A DNA stretch of 64,000 nt from Basidiobolus meristosporus CBS 931.73 (GCA_002104905.1 MCFE01000417.1:14852-78851), one strand, 5' to 3'. Positions 26,959-40,731 are shown, counted from the stretch's first letter. Notes: generated by a model from the letters alone, not told the origin. A program made the numbers and translations.

Positions 26959-28197
26959 GTGCAAGGAAGTTTGCCCAAAGGGGAGAACAAAAGAATGCAT
27001 ATGGAATATGCCAGTGACAACAGTTCACCCAAAACTGGCAATACCCCTCCCACCAGCAAGAACCAAGATGATATCAAAAACAAAACCAACCTGCAAGTGT
27101 TGAGAGATGTTGTACAAGCATTACGTGCAACAAGAGCCACCTATGAAGAGTTGTTTGCTGGAGCAGTCACGTTGATACAAGACACAATCAGAGAGGGACA
27201 AGACAAGTTACCCATGCCAATACAAAGCATGGAGATACTACCCAAGAAGACCATGTACCACCTAAGAGGAGGTTCCTTGATCATTAAGGAGAAGGATGCT
27301 GCACTGATTCCTGTATCCATACTGAACACAGTCAGACAGAAGACACAAGGAATCAACTGTTGCGCCCTCACAAGACCTCAAGAGCCCCCTTGTTTTGTTG
27401 CATACTTGCCATTAATAGGTACCATGGTTGTTGAGGTGTATGCAGACCTGGTACAAGCCACAAGAGCACCAGAAGTAGAACTCCCAATTGAAGGACTCCT
27501 CTAAGAAATTTGCAAATATCTTGAACCGCATTTCCAAGAAGGAACCATCTTAGAGAAGATATGCAAACAGATTAAATACAGCAGCCAGTTAATCCATGCA
27601 ATCCACCAAGTTGCTGTGTTACAGCTATTACAGTGGTTTACCATAGGACAACTCAGGAACCAGTACAAAGTCCAACTCCAAGAAGCCAAAGAAACCACGG
27701 TGGACTCTGTAGAAACCATGAGGCAAGTACAAAAGAGCCTCAATCATGCCACAGTTTCTACGGAAGAACTACAATACGTCTTGGAAGAAGCAAAAACTTG
27801 TTATCAACAACAGGTGACTGCCAACCAAGTGTACACCCTCTTCAAAAGGTCCCCTGCCATCATATTGAACTCAAAAAGGACAAGCCCCAACAATGTTTGC
27901 AAGATAAAGAAGCAAGTATTTATCACACTATTGCACCTTTCCTTGTTCTCCAACCCTCCTGAGTAACTTACCCAGAGCCCTATGGTTTGGCAACTATTTG
28001 GCTCTGTAGAAAACATCCCTCAAGCAATGCAAGCCGCACCCCACTCTGCTGCCAAATGGTATCAGGTATTTGCCCGCAAACCCCTGCAAGTGACAACCAG
28101 CAATGGTACTATGGCAACTCCCTACGGTCTGTGAACAAAATTGACCCTGGAGAAGCAAGTTAGTCAAAAGAACTTTGAGGACAAAGCTCCCTCTTAA
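26959..28197 (+). pseudogene. Additional ORF of G2 (413 codons, three internal stops), unknown function
   Basis: ORF-track entries 26959-27504 and 27616-27966 share one frame that continues to TAA at 28195-28197. Internal stops are TAA 27502, TAA 27964 and TGA 28132. First in-frame ATG is at 26995. Confidence 0.75.
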
Positions 28198-29462
28198 CCC
28201 CTGGGATATGTGAGTACTGAATGCAGTACCCACTCTTTGCCCAAAAGTTCTCCCCAGAGTCCTACCCAAAGTCCCCCAGTATCCTCCCTATGATTCCCCC
28301 ACACACCCTCCCTCCTATCCCTACCCTTATCTAGTTAGAGCACTTACCATAACAGGAAGGTGTTCACACCTCTATTTTATAACACATTGTCTATTATCTA
28401 AGCCTCCCAAGTGATACATATATGTACCCAATTGAACCAAGACAAGGGATTTTGGGACAGAATAAACACAAGTCTTGATTACCTTGCTACCTTCTATTGG
28501 AAGCTATTCTGAACCAAGTGGTACTGACTTGACCTGCAAGCTCTCCCACTCACCCGGTACAGTCAGTAATAACCCACAGTTGGTACACCCACAGATTCTG
28601 TTTCATCTACCAGCAGGGTAATTCTGTTAATTAGATTTTGCATTTCTTCACCTGGCAGCATCTTTGTAGTAAAGAATTTTCATCTCAGATACATCTTCTT
28701 AGCAGCTGAACATGACTGGTAGGTGTCTTCTAATGCCTTCCAGGCATTCTTTGCTGTTTTTACTCTTGAGCATTGAATTGGTAATTTATCCTTAATATTA
28801 AGGCAAATGCAGTTAAAGGCACTTTGTTCTTTCTTCTGGTACTTTAAGGCTTCCTCTCCCACATTTTTAGGAGGGCATTCTTCTCCCATGACAATATCCC
28901 ACAGGCCTCTTTCTTGTAGCAGCATCTTCATCTTCACCTTGCACAATTGGTAGTTAGATCCATCCAACTTTTCAGCAGAGGGAAAAATTCCAGTAATAGC
29001 AGTAGTAGACATTGCAGAGAGTGAAAATTTGGGGCTCATTACCTGTTGTAGGAGTTTTGGAGATATTGGAAGTGATTGGGGGAACAAGTAGATTATGTGG
29101 TTTTCACTTAATGATTTATTGAATAAAAAGTAGTATTTATACTTTTACCTGGTCTTAGTAAAGCAAACACATAGAATAGATTAAGAAAGGTCCCAAGAAC
29201 ATGTGTGCAAAGTTTGGGGCAGTTTGGACAACTTTGAGAATTTTCATGTTCTGGATACCTGTTATTTTGGTGAAAATATTCTAAATAAATCCCAATAAGG
29301 AATTTGATCAGTATTCTCTAGGACTTGAGGATAATGCTCTAAGTGACTAAGTTAGGTGAATATTTAGGTGGAATTATGAATTTTTACAACAACACCAATA
29401 TAAGGTATATGGCAAATTTGCAAGTATCACACACAAAAGCTGTAAAGTTGAGGTGATAGAAG

Positions 29463-30161
29463 TGTTGTGCATCAACATTTAATACTTGGCCAACTTCACT
29501 CTGTTAGAAAACCTAGTACCCTAACTGATTTTCCCTAACCCAAACATAACTAATCCCTGTTATGGTTTATTTTATCACTTCTCAGAATCTATTTTTAGCT
29601 GTCACACCTGATCAATTTTCATGTGGTCCTTACATATGCAACTAATCTGCTAAGCCTTTCCAAGTGATTAGTCATCTGAGATTTATCCAACCACTTAGCA
29701 CTTGCCAAGACATCAGCTGATTAATGATGCAATTTTTCATTTATCTTATGCACCTATCAACACCCCAACAGATTTCAATTAGTCCAGTCTCTTGACACTT
29801 ACTAATGCAACTCAATCAGAAAAGTATAAATAAAGTTTACTGAACCTTTTGGCTTAGTGTGTGTCTCAACAAAATTGAAATTGTGCTTCAGCAAAATTAA
29901 GAATTCAACAATTCCGTTCTAGTTTCCACCCAAGCCTAGCACATCTAGCATTCCAAAGAACACCAAGCTTAGCCTGTATAGCAAACCAACTTTGTTGCCT
30001 TTATAGCCCAACTCAACTATATACAAAACCAATATTAGACCAGAACTACTCTGCTAATATTTCTGTCACCCTTGTCAATTCTAAGATTCTGCACTTAGTT
30101 ATCACTTAGGTTCAGTTAACTCATTCAAGAGTTTTATTGCACTTTTCTCTTGGATACAACA
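29463..30161 (+). mobile_element. Solo LTR of Gypsy family G3
   Basis: TGTTGTGCATC...GGATACAACA, homologous end-to-end to 59559-60255. No matching TSD (AGAAG vs AGTAT). Confidence 0.88.
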
Positions 30162-30289
30162 AGTATGTCAATTAAGGCAGGTGTGTGCGTTTGTAGAGGT
30201 TAGTAAGCAGGAGGCCATAGTTTTTTTTATTTGAATTATATGTGGAATATCCAATGTAGTAGTGGTTAGGCAAATAAAGAGCAGTAACT

Positions 30290-32840
30290 CTACAATGGAA
30301 TATATGAATTGTGCAAGGGGAGGTAGAAAAAGGAAATGTCATTTGGTAAATAGGTATGGTAGTATTATACAGAACTAGCTGTAGGCTGCCATACTGATTT
30401 GATAATGCTGTCAGAGGCTTGCAATGAGGCCATCAAAACACTGTCAAGTCCTTTGCAATAAAAGGCAACTGGATGTGCTGGCTGGTCAGATCCACTCAAG
30501 TAGCTGTAGAGCACATTAATACCACAACAATGTCATGCAACCCTTGGCAAAACACCCCCTAAGCACTGTTGTGATTTTTTCTTTATTTGGAGGTAAAATC
30601 AGCCAAACACTGTTGTGATCCCATCAGAAGATTGTGTAGAAGGTAATTAATTCCAAGCTGCCAGTGTTGCCATGTTCTCCTGACAGAATCCTGATGGCCA
30701 ATTTGGATTGGATCCACCTGCGGAACCAAATTATTTTTCATAGGGGAGGCTGTAAGTAGCCAGTCATGCCCTCATCTAAAGGCATCCACACCAGGGACCA
30801 TCAGGAACTCAAGGCCTAGCAGAATGCACTTGGCCTATTTCACAATCACCAACCTGAATTCAAGCATGCATATGGATTTTGGCCATCATTGGCATGCTAA
30901 AAAAATCTATAAACAATAGTAGATACTGTCTAAGGTAGAAGAATAATGGTGTCATGGCTAAAAGCCAGCAGCTTGCTAAAGTGTCCATCACAACAAGGCT
31001 GAAAGCCCTTAGCAGGCCACAAAGAAACTTTGGATAGCTGGAGGAGTGCTATTAAGGGACAAGTAGGCAGAAACAGATGCACCTGTGCATCATTTATGAA
31101 GGAAAAGAATATTCCAATACAAGGGCTTTCAGCTCAAGTAACAGTGAAGGGCCTAATAGTAATAAAGGTTAAGGTAGGGAAAGGGAAAGGAAAAGAGTCT
31201 ACCAAAGCTGTAGACAGAGATGTGTGAGAAAAAAACTGCAGTTGCCATCAATCAATGCCATCAACCTTCAGCAGTATAATACTCATAATAGTCAAGAGGA
31301 GCAACTAGCAAGACAACAGCTATTTTCACAAGAGTTGGAAGCACTGCCTATTGAGCTGCATGCCAGTGGGGTAGATGAGGTTGCAGAGAAGGCTATTTTA
31401 TCTTCTACAACCTCCATGTCCTCCACTGCAGACAGAGTGAAGCTCCCATTGACAGGCAGAGCAACAACATCAAGTAGCCAGAGGACTATCAAAACGCCTA
31501 CAGGGAAGTTTTGGAACATGAACAGGCACACCTAAAGGTTGCAACACTACTTCAAGAGCAGTGCTTGAGAAAATACAAAAGATTATTGCAAGGATTTGTT
31601 GCAAATACTAGTGGATGAGGTGCTACACCTTACAGTGTTATTGGATAATTACCACATATGGTAGCCAGTAAGAAATAATAGGTCTTGAGCTGTAGGGCTT
31701 CTGCCCAAGTCATGGGCATAGTGTTTTATGGCAGAGAAATATATACTGAATGGTGGATTTCAATGAAGTTGCTTGTTGATTGTGAGGCTGGGCTTGATGT
31801 TAGTGTGAGGTATAGGAATTTGCATAGGTTGATACAATCAACACTTGACTTATAACCACAGAATGAATGGAATTAAATCAATTTGTGTGCATGAAAAGTA
31901 AGAGCATTGACTGAGTCAGGAAGTAAGTGTGAAAATATGGCTGTAGCCAATCAATGTACACATATGTAGGCAATAATTGAGTGTCTGGGATCAAAAAGTA
32001 AGAGATTTGATGGAGACCCAATCAAAACCAACTTGGGGATTGGTATGATGAGAAATTTGACTGGTTTTTTGTGATATCTGAGATCAATTATTCCCAATGA
32101 TTTTGCACAATGTTGTAGTGCATCAATAGCCCTTAGTCATGGGATTTAAATTTTGTGATGGCCTTTTGACTTTATTGTCTAAATTATTCTATATAGAGTA
32201 TGTGTTACCAGGAATACAAGGCATATGGCATCTTTGTAAGTAGCCCACTGAAGAGCCATAAAGCTGAGGCAATAACAGTGTGTTAGTTTCCATAGGTATG
32301 TATATTTGTAGGTTGGTATGTAGGAGGCCAGAGCTTATATTTTGACTCAAACTAAATGTATAAGCAAATAAAAAGGCATGATTCTACTGTGGGATAAATA
32401 TATGGCACAAGGGGAGGTAGAAAAAAGGGTACCATTTGGTAAATTGGTATGGTAGTATTATACAGACTAGCTGTAGGCTGCCATACTATTGTAATAATGC
32501 CAACAGAGGTGTGAATAAAGGCCACCAAAGCATTGTCAACTTCTTGTCATATAAGGCAACTACAGGTTTGGCTGTCTAGGTCCACTCAGACAAGCAAAAC
32601 TACATTATGACTACCTCATTATTGTGCAAACCTTGCACAAAAACTCTATAAACATCATCAAGTTTATTACCACATATGGCAGTTAAGACAGTAAAATACT
32701 GTCACAATCCCATGTAAACATTATGAAGGGGTTAAGAATACCAAGCTGCTTGCATTATGATGGCCTTATTGTGGAATCCTGATGGCTGGTCTGGATTTGA
32801 TCCATGTGCAAGACCAAATTATTCTTCATAGGGAGCTGGC
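30290..32840. repeat. Degenerate direct repeat pair (~30290-30750 and ~32380-32840), unclassified
   Basis: Shared blocks such as GGTATGGTAGTATTATACAG(A)ACTAGCTGTAGGCTGCCATACT and GAATCCTGATGGC...CCAAATTATT.TTCATAGGG. CpG-free like the TEs. Confidence 0.7.
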
Positions 32841-33893
32841 ACAGTGACATTGTACAGGAGAAGTGGTTGGCAGCTGTAAAGCCATTGTAGTTGGGGAAAA
32901 GCCTATCAAATGGCTGTCAGCATGCCACCAGGTTTCCAACCATAACAGACAATCTGGTTGTATTAGTTGGCTGAATGCTTCTAGAATAACATTGGGATCA
33001 CATCAAATGCCAACCCAGAAGGGTTGGAACTCCAATGTTATATAGCTGTAGCAGTGTTGTAATAGAATGTTGATGGCTAATCTAGATAAGATACATCTTT
33101 AAGACCAAGTCATTCTTCCTACAATGATCAAAATTAAGAGATTGATGTTGAACAAATATCAAGCTACTTGCATAACTGGTCGAAGCCACACCACCTGGTT
33201 GGCCAGATAGGTTATTGCTCAATGATCAGTTACAGAAATCAGCTTCCAGACTGATCAACTGCAAAGACATGAATGCACAATATTACCAGTGAATGTGGAT
33301 TGGTTGCTTATAAAGCCCCTTCCGTGTATCCTTTGCATCAATTACAATTGTTGGAAGCCAATACTGACAGAACGGGAGCATACTGTGAAAGGAGAGGGCT
33401 TTGCAAAACGGAGGAGTCCCGTGATGGCTGGATTTAGTTAAGATTCATGTGTACCGAGAGTAAGTATGCGATGACAAGATTTCGGCCTTCAAACAATGAT
33501 CTTCATTCCCCTTGCATATGTGCCGACTTGTTAACTTCGCTCTGGCTGTCATAGATCAGTAAAATCTAAAGCCAGGTAGTCCCTCCGCGTGGAATCGGCG
33601 CAGGCGACCCCCTCTCCCCAAATACAGCCGGATCGACCAACAAAGATCCATCCTACCAAAAATCCATTGCCGGCCACCCAGGGCCGCAGTATTTACATCA
33701 TGTGGTGAGGATCAATCAAATCGCAGAGCGAAAACAATGGAATAACAGTCATCCTGGAAATATGTACACAAAGAAATTAGCCGACCCACAGATCAACCTA
33801 CCTCCAGGGGGATTTCCCAACCGTATATTCCTCCCACCTGCTTTCATATCCTTTCACCGTTGATTTCCGCACAACAGTGTTTCTACCGCCCAG

Positions 33894-36800
33894 ATGAAGG
33901 CACAACAAACCATAGGGTATGTGTAGGATACCCCGAGCGGAGCCTCTTTGGCTCTGCGCGCGCGGCGTTCTCCACTCCACTTGACTCGAACCCGACCCAC
34001 TGACCTCCCCTTTCCCTCTAGATCTTTTTTCAATAAATTACCTTCCGGTAGCAGTGCTCACTCCACTCACTCCACCGAAAAAACCAAAAAGCAGACCAAG
34101 CTGAATTTTGGCGCCAAGACCACGTCCACGTCCGCGTCCAAAACAAAGCCCAAGGCCACCCAAGAGCCCAAGCCTGAGACCTCGTCCCCTACCCAAGTGG
34201 AACCGGCGGAAAAGATCTCCCCCAAGCCCGATCCAGAACTCGCCCCTGAGCCTTCCACGGAGCAGACCCCGGACTCTCCGCCTGCACCTTCCACAAAACG
34301 CAGAAGATTGAGGCGTAGAAACTCGGGAAGTACCGAGGAACCACCGGTAAAAACGAGCGGTGGGGAACAAGTGCAACCCAAACGAAAGATCAAAAAGATC
34401 GCTTTGGAAAGCGACGAGGAGAGCTCCGTGGTCGAGACGAAAGAAACCGCAAGTGAGGCTGGGGAACCCGAGGAGTCCGACAAGAACTCCGTAGACGAGG
34501 AGAAGAAGGAGATCGCGAAAGAGGAGGCCAAGGAAAAGGCCGCCAAGGTGGTGGAGAAAAAGGCGGCGAAAAAGTAAGTGAGCCCGAAGCCGAACCCGGC
34601 AGCGGCAGCTGGTGGGGATTCTATTAACCTTGGGATGACTTTTAGTGCGGCCAAATCGGCTGACCGCGTTCGTAGCGACATCGGGGAGGCCACCTGGAAG
34701 AAAGGAGAAGAGTACGTAGCTCATGTTAGTCCTGGACGTACCTGGGGTTGTTTGCTGACCCTGGCTGGTTTCTAGCGTTCCTTACTCCGCGCTTTGCAAG
34801 GCTTTCGAAGCGATCGAAGCCACAACCAAAAGGTAAGAAACCGCTTGGATGGTACTGATTCGGCCGGACCGTTACTAAACTGACGCGTAGACTGATCATT
34901 CTGGATTACTTGACGAGTTTCCTACGAAATGTAATCGACACTACTCCCGAGAACCTGCTTGAGGTCGTTTACCTGTGCATTAACCGGGTACGTGACCACC
35001 AACCCGCCATGTGATTTGCCAGCGAGCAGCCCGTCTAACTCTACCCTAGCTGTGTCCGCAATACGACGGCCTTGAGCTGGGCATCGGAGAAACCATTCTG
35101 ATGAAGGCAGTCGCCAGTGCTACGGGGAGAGCCCTCAGCAAAGTGAAGGCAGACGTCGAACAGCATGGGGACTTAGGCCTTGTTGCCCAAGTAAGTATCT
35201 TCCGGGTGATTCCTGCGCAGCCTCGGCTAACCGACTTGTTCACAAAGGCCAGTAGAAGCAACCAGCCCACCATGTTCGCCCCAAAGCCGCTGACCGTGAC
35301 GAAGGTGTTCAAAACTCTGAAAGAGATCGCCTCCACGACGGGTGGATCGGTAAGGAAACGCACGAATGGTGGAGAAGCCCAACCTGTACTGAACGAAATT
35401 CGATCGATTAGAGCATGCAGCGTAAAATCGATAAAATCAGCTTCTTGCTGGTGTCCTGCAAGGGGAGTGAGGCGAAGTATTTGACAAGGTAAGCACGCCG
35501 GCTCGACAGCCATCCCATCGTCCGCATACCTAACATGATCGTGTACCACCAGGTCGTTGGAAGGCAAACTACGCATCGGTCTAGCGGAGCAAACCGTCTT
35601 GGTTGCGTTGGCCCACTCCATAGTCCTGAGCAAGGAAGGGCCTTCGTTGAGCAAGGAGCAGCTGGAAACCAAGCTGACGGAAGCCACTGGAATCATCAAG
35701 AGTGTATACAGGTACGAGGGTTCGACGACACGTGGCGGCCTTTACTGACGGACCCGTTGGACATCTAGCGAACTACCATCGTACGACCTGATCATCCCGA
35801 AGCTACTTGAGCACGGAGTGGAGCAACTGCACGAGCACTGCAAACTCACTGCCGGCATCCCGGTGAAGCCAATGCTGGCCCATCCAACCAAATCTCTGAC
35901 CGAGGTTCTCAATCGATTCGAGGGCCACGTGTTCACGTGCGAGTTCAAATACGACGGCGAGCGAGCACAGATCCATCAGATGGGTGATGGGGAGATCATG
36001 GTGTTCAGTCGAAACTCGGAAAACATGTCGGCGAAATACCCGGACATTCTGGACAAGCTGAGCAAGGCCGCCAAACCGGACACCAAGAGCTTCATCCTTG
36101 ACTGCGAGGCGGTGGCGTGGGATCGCGAGAAAAAGACGATCCTGCCGTTCCAAGTGCTGAGCACGAGGAAAAGGAAAGACGTCAAGGAGGAGGATATCAA
36201 GGTCCAGGTGTGCGTCTTCGCGTTCGACCTGCTGTTTCTCAACGGAAGGGTATGTCTTGTCTGATGGACCTGAATCGGTTGCCACCTCTAACCCCACTCC
36301 CCAGTCTTTGCTGCAGGAGCCGCTGGTCGAACGCCGAAAGCTTTTGCACGACTCATTCACCATCGTGGAAGGAGACTTCACCTTTGCCAAGGCCATGACC
36401 ACCAACAGTGTCGAGGAGATCCAGACGTTCTTGGATGAGAGTGTAGCAGGTAGGTTGGCCGCCATCTTTGCCACGCATGGGGCCGCCGCTCACGTCTTCT
36501 TGTAGGCTTCTGCGAGGGCCTGATGGTCAAGACACTGGAAGGCACCGAAGCATCGTATGAGCCCTCGAAGCGCTCACGCAACTGGCTGAAGGTCAAGAAG
36601 GACTACATCTCCGGAATAGGGGACTCGTTGGACTTGGTTGTGATCGGCGCTTACCAAGGCCGTGGAAAACGTACCGGGGTGTATGGTGGCTATTTACTCG
36701 CCTGCTACGACCCAGACCGCGAAGAATACCAGAGTATATGCAAGGTAGGGCGCGCGACCATTCGCAACCCCGGCCAACACCTACTAACGCAACTTGCAAC

Positions 36801-37334
36801 AAGATCGGCACCGGATTCTCGGAAGCCAACCTGGAGACCCATCACAAGTTCCTTCAGGAGCACATCATCCCCGGGCCCAAGAAATATTACTCCTATGGCG
36901 AGGGCACCAAGCCCGACGTCTGGTTCGCCCCGGTTCAGGTATGTGGAGAGTCGGTGGGCGTTGAATGAGAGTTCATACTAAGCCCACGTAAGGTATGGGA
37001 GGTCAAGGCAGCCGATCTAAGTGTGTCGCCGGTATACAAGGCCGCGGTCGGAATAGTAAGTCCATCTTAGCACGCACCGTCCTAGCTAGTATCGTAACCA
37101 GTTACTGTCCCAGGTGGATAACTCGAAGGGCATATCACTGCGTTTCCCCAGATTCATCCGCGTTCGAGAGGACAAGAGCCCAGAAGAAGCTACGGCCAGT
37201 GACCAGGTAACCCGCATTGCATTCCATCGTGGCCCGACCGCGACTGACCCTTCGTCCACCAGGTAGCAGAAATGTACAATAGTCAGAAGATTAATGCGGG
37301 CGAGGCCGGGAACGGGGATGATTTTGAATATTAG
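33894..37334 (+). CDS. CDC9: DNA ligase I (ATP-dependent), about 15 introns
   Basis: Spliced N-terminus MKAQQTIG|SFF (PIP box); [11 protein letters not shown]; KPMLAHPTK; motif [13 protein letters not shown]; WLKVKKDY; [15 protein letters not shown]; stop TAG at 37332-37334. Confidence 0.95.
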
Positions 37335-38215
37335 ATTGGGCCGATGTGGCTTGGGTGTACATACGGCTTTTTGTTTCCAGCGTTGCTTGGCAACCTACCC
37401 ACCAGATGTCTGTAAAAGAGTGAATAAATCTAAGCATCAACATCATCCACGATTAACCCCACCGAGGTGCGATGAGCTGGGCGAGCGGGACCATGGGCAC
37501 GATCATGGCGTGGACCCCCCTGCACGGCAGCGGGCCGTGGGCCAGGGTGGGACAGCATTCACTCGGACGAAACTCCATAGACCAACCCTTGATCATGCTA
37601 CCTTGGTGTAAGCGTGCTGGTCCCTCGTTACACAACCTCCATGTTATTAAGAATTGGGTTGACAGAGGTAATGAGGTAAATGGGTGTGCCATTTGTACGA
37701 TGACACTGTTGAGCGGTGGTCTTGTACCAAGGCACTCAGCGAGTGGGATGGGCTTGGACTTCATCGCCTTCTCAACATCACTGGCTCGATCATGGCTCTG
37801 CTGCATCAGCTGACCGGCTCAGGGGAATGGAGCAAATGAGCTTGTGCGATCTCAGCGGAGCCACTCCAATCCGGCAATGTGACAGTGAGCCACCTTGCAC
37901 CACACATTCGCACGATTTGATTGAGCGAAACTATCCCAGACATCCGGCGACTCCAAGATCAAGGCGACGAGGTTTGCCAATTCGACATGAATCATTAATA
38001 TCGAGTGCATTGAGAGCCGTAAGAAATCTCCCTTGATCTACTGGATTTAGCAATAGCCAACTGCACCCGTTCTATTAGTGATTACTGTCTATTGGCGAAT
38101 CTCCACCAAGTGAGACCTGGATAAAACTCGTCATGGTGCGGCAGGACTGAACAAAGCTTGGATTCCACTCCAGAGGAGCATCCAGTCGAAAAGCGCTTCG
38201 GTACAAGATATCCTC

Positions 38216-40070
<1,855 letters not shown>

Positions 40071-40731
40071 CCGGTAGCGCACACGCCGCCAATATTCACA
40101 TAGACTGGTGCTGTGTATGCCCTAGATCCGTGACAGATTGACACCAGCCCCTCGCTCACTTCCCCTCCCCCTCCCCCTCCCCCTCCCACTCCCACTCCTC
40201 CGATACCCATTTCTCGCCCCATTGGAGCCCTTATATAGTATAGGATCTTTTGATAAGTGCTTTAATAAATATATAAGACCATATTCACCCTGCCGTTTGG
40301 TACGACTTCGAACTTGAGATCCATCTAGATCCGTCTCTCCCCCTGAAATCCCCCAACCAAACATCCCTCATCACGGCCGCTCCCCTCCCAGCCCAGCGGT
40401 TCAGTTGTCTGGCGACAAGGCACGTTTAAATCAGGTCCTCTTTATCGTAACTTCATTTGGCTCGACTGGGGAAGCATGTGGGTTGGGTGTTGGGAAATGG
40501 TGAACTATCTCTTCCCCGTCGAGCAATACAAGATGTCTCGGAAGAAACTTGGGATTTTTGGCCTTCTAAAAGCGTACACGCGTTCATTTAAAAAGGGTGG
40601 AAGTGGTGGTAGGGCTAGGGTGGAGAGTGGAGGGGAGAGGAGAGAGGAGAGGTGGAAGAGTGGGGGGGCTGAGAGCAAAGGTAACAGACGGCAAGGGGTT
40701 GGAAAAAACTGGTCAAAAATTCTTCTTCGCG

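Larger units (their letters stand above)
21034..28578 (+). mobile_element. Ty3/Gypsy element G2 nested in the Copia A gag; degenerate gag-pol plus an extra 3' ORF
   Basis: LTRs 21034-21403 and 28209-28578 (370 bp, ~21 mismatches by manual count), TSD GTTGG on both sides. PBS TGGTGCCGT (tRNA-His-like, inference). Protease LIDTGSS, RT YLNN, RNase H, integrase fragments. Confidence 0.95.
18179..29391 (-). mobile_element. Ty1/Copia family A element: 5' LTR 29044-29391, PBS, gag split by G2, integrase, partly deleted RT, RNase H, PPT, truncated 3' LTR ~18179-18488
   Basis: gag KLDGSNYQ...LQERGLWDIV; integrase HSDLCGP...IDDYTRY...QQNGVA; HQMDVKTAFLN fused to an RNase H tail (HARTKYLDIRHHF...ADIYTKPL); PPT GAGTGGGAG. 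Pairing of the two LTRs cannot be confirmed by TSD. Confidence 0.88.

Noticed and set aside
8510-28578. Classical ascomycete RIP (CpA>TpA) as the cause of TE decay
   Set aside because: The diagnostic substitutions I could trace mostly sit at CpG sites, and CpA/TpG are abundant rather than depleted. A formal spectrum is still needed.
33948-34021. ORF-track N-terminus MALRARRSP... as ligase start or mitochondrial leader
   Set aside because: It begins at a TTG inside intron 1 (GTATGT...CTGAC...TAG, 33917-34021). Splicing from ATG 33894 gives the conserved PIP box.
34038-34724. Long antisense ORFs (228 and 208 aa) over ligase I, and 41159-41956 / 41963-42637 over Nup2
   Set aside because: They are shadow frames of low-complexity, GC-rich coding sequence on the opposite strand, with no independent motifs.
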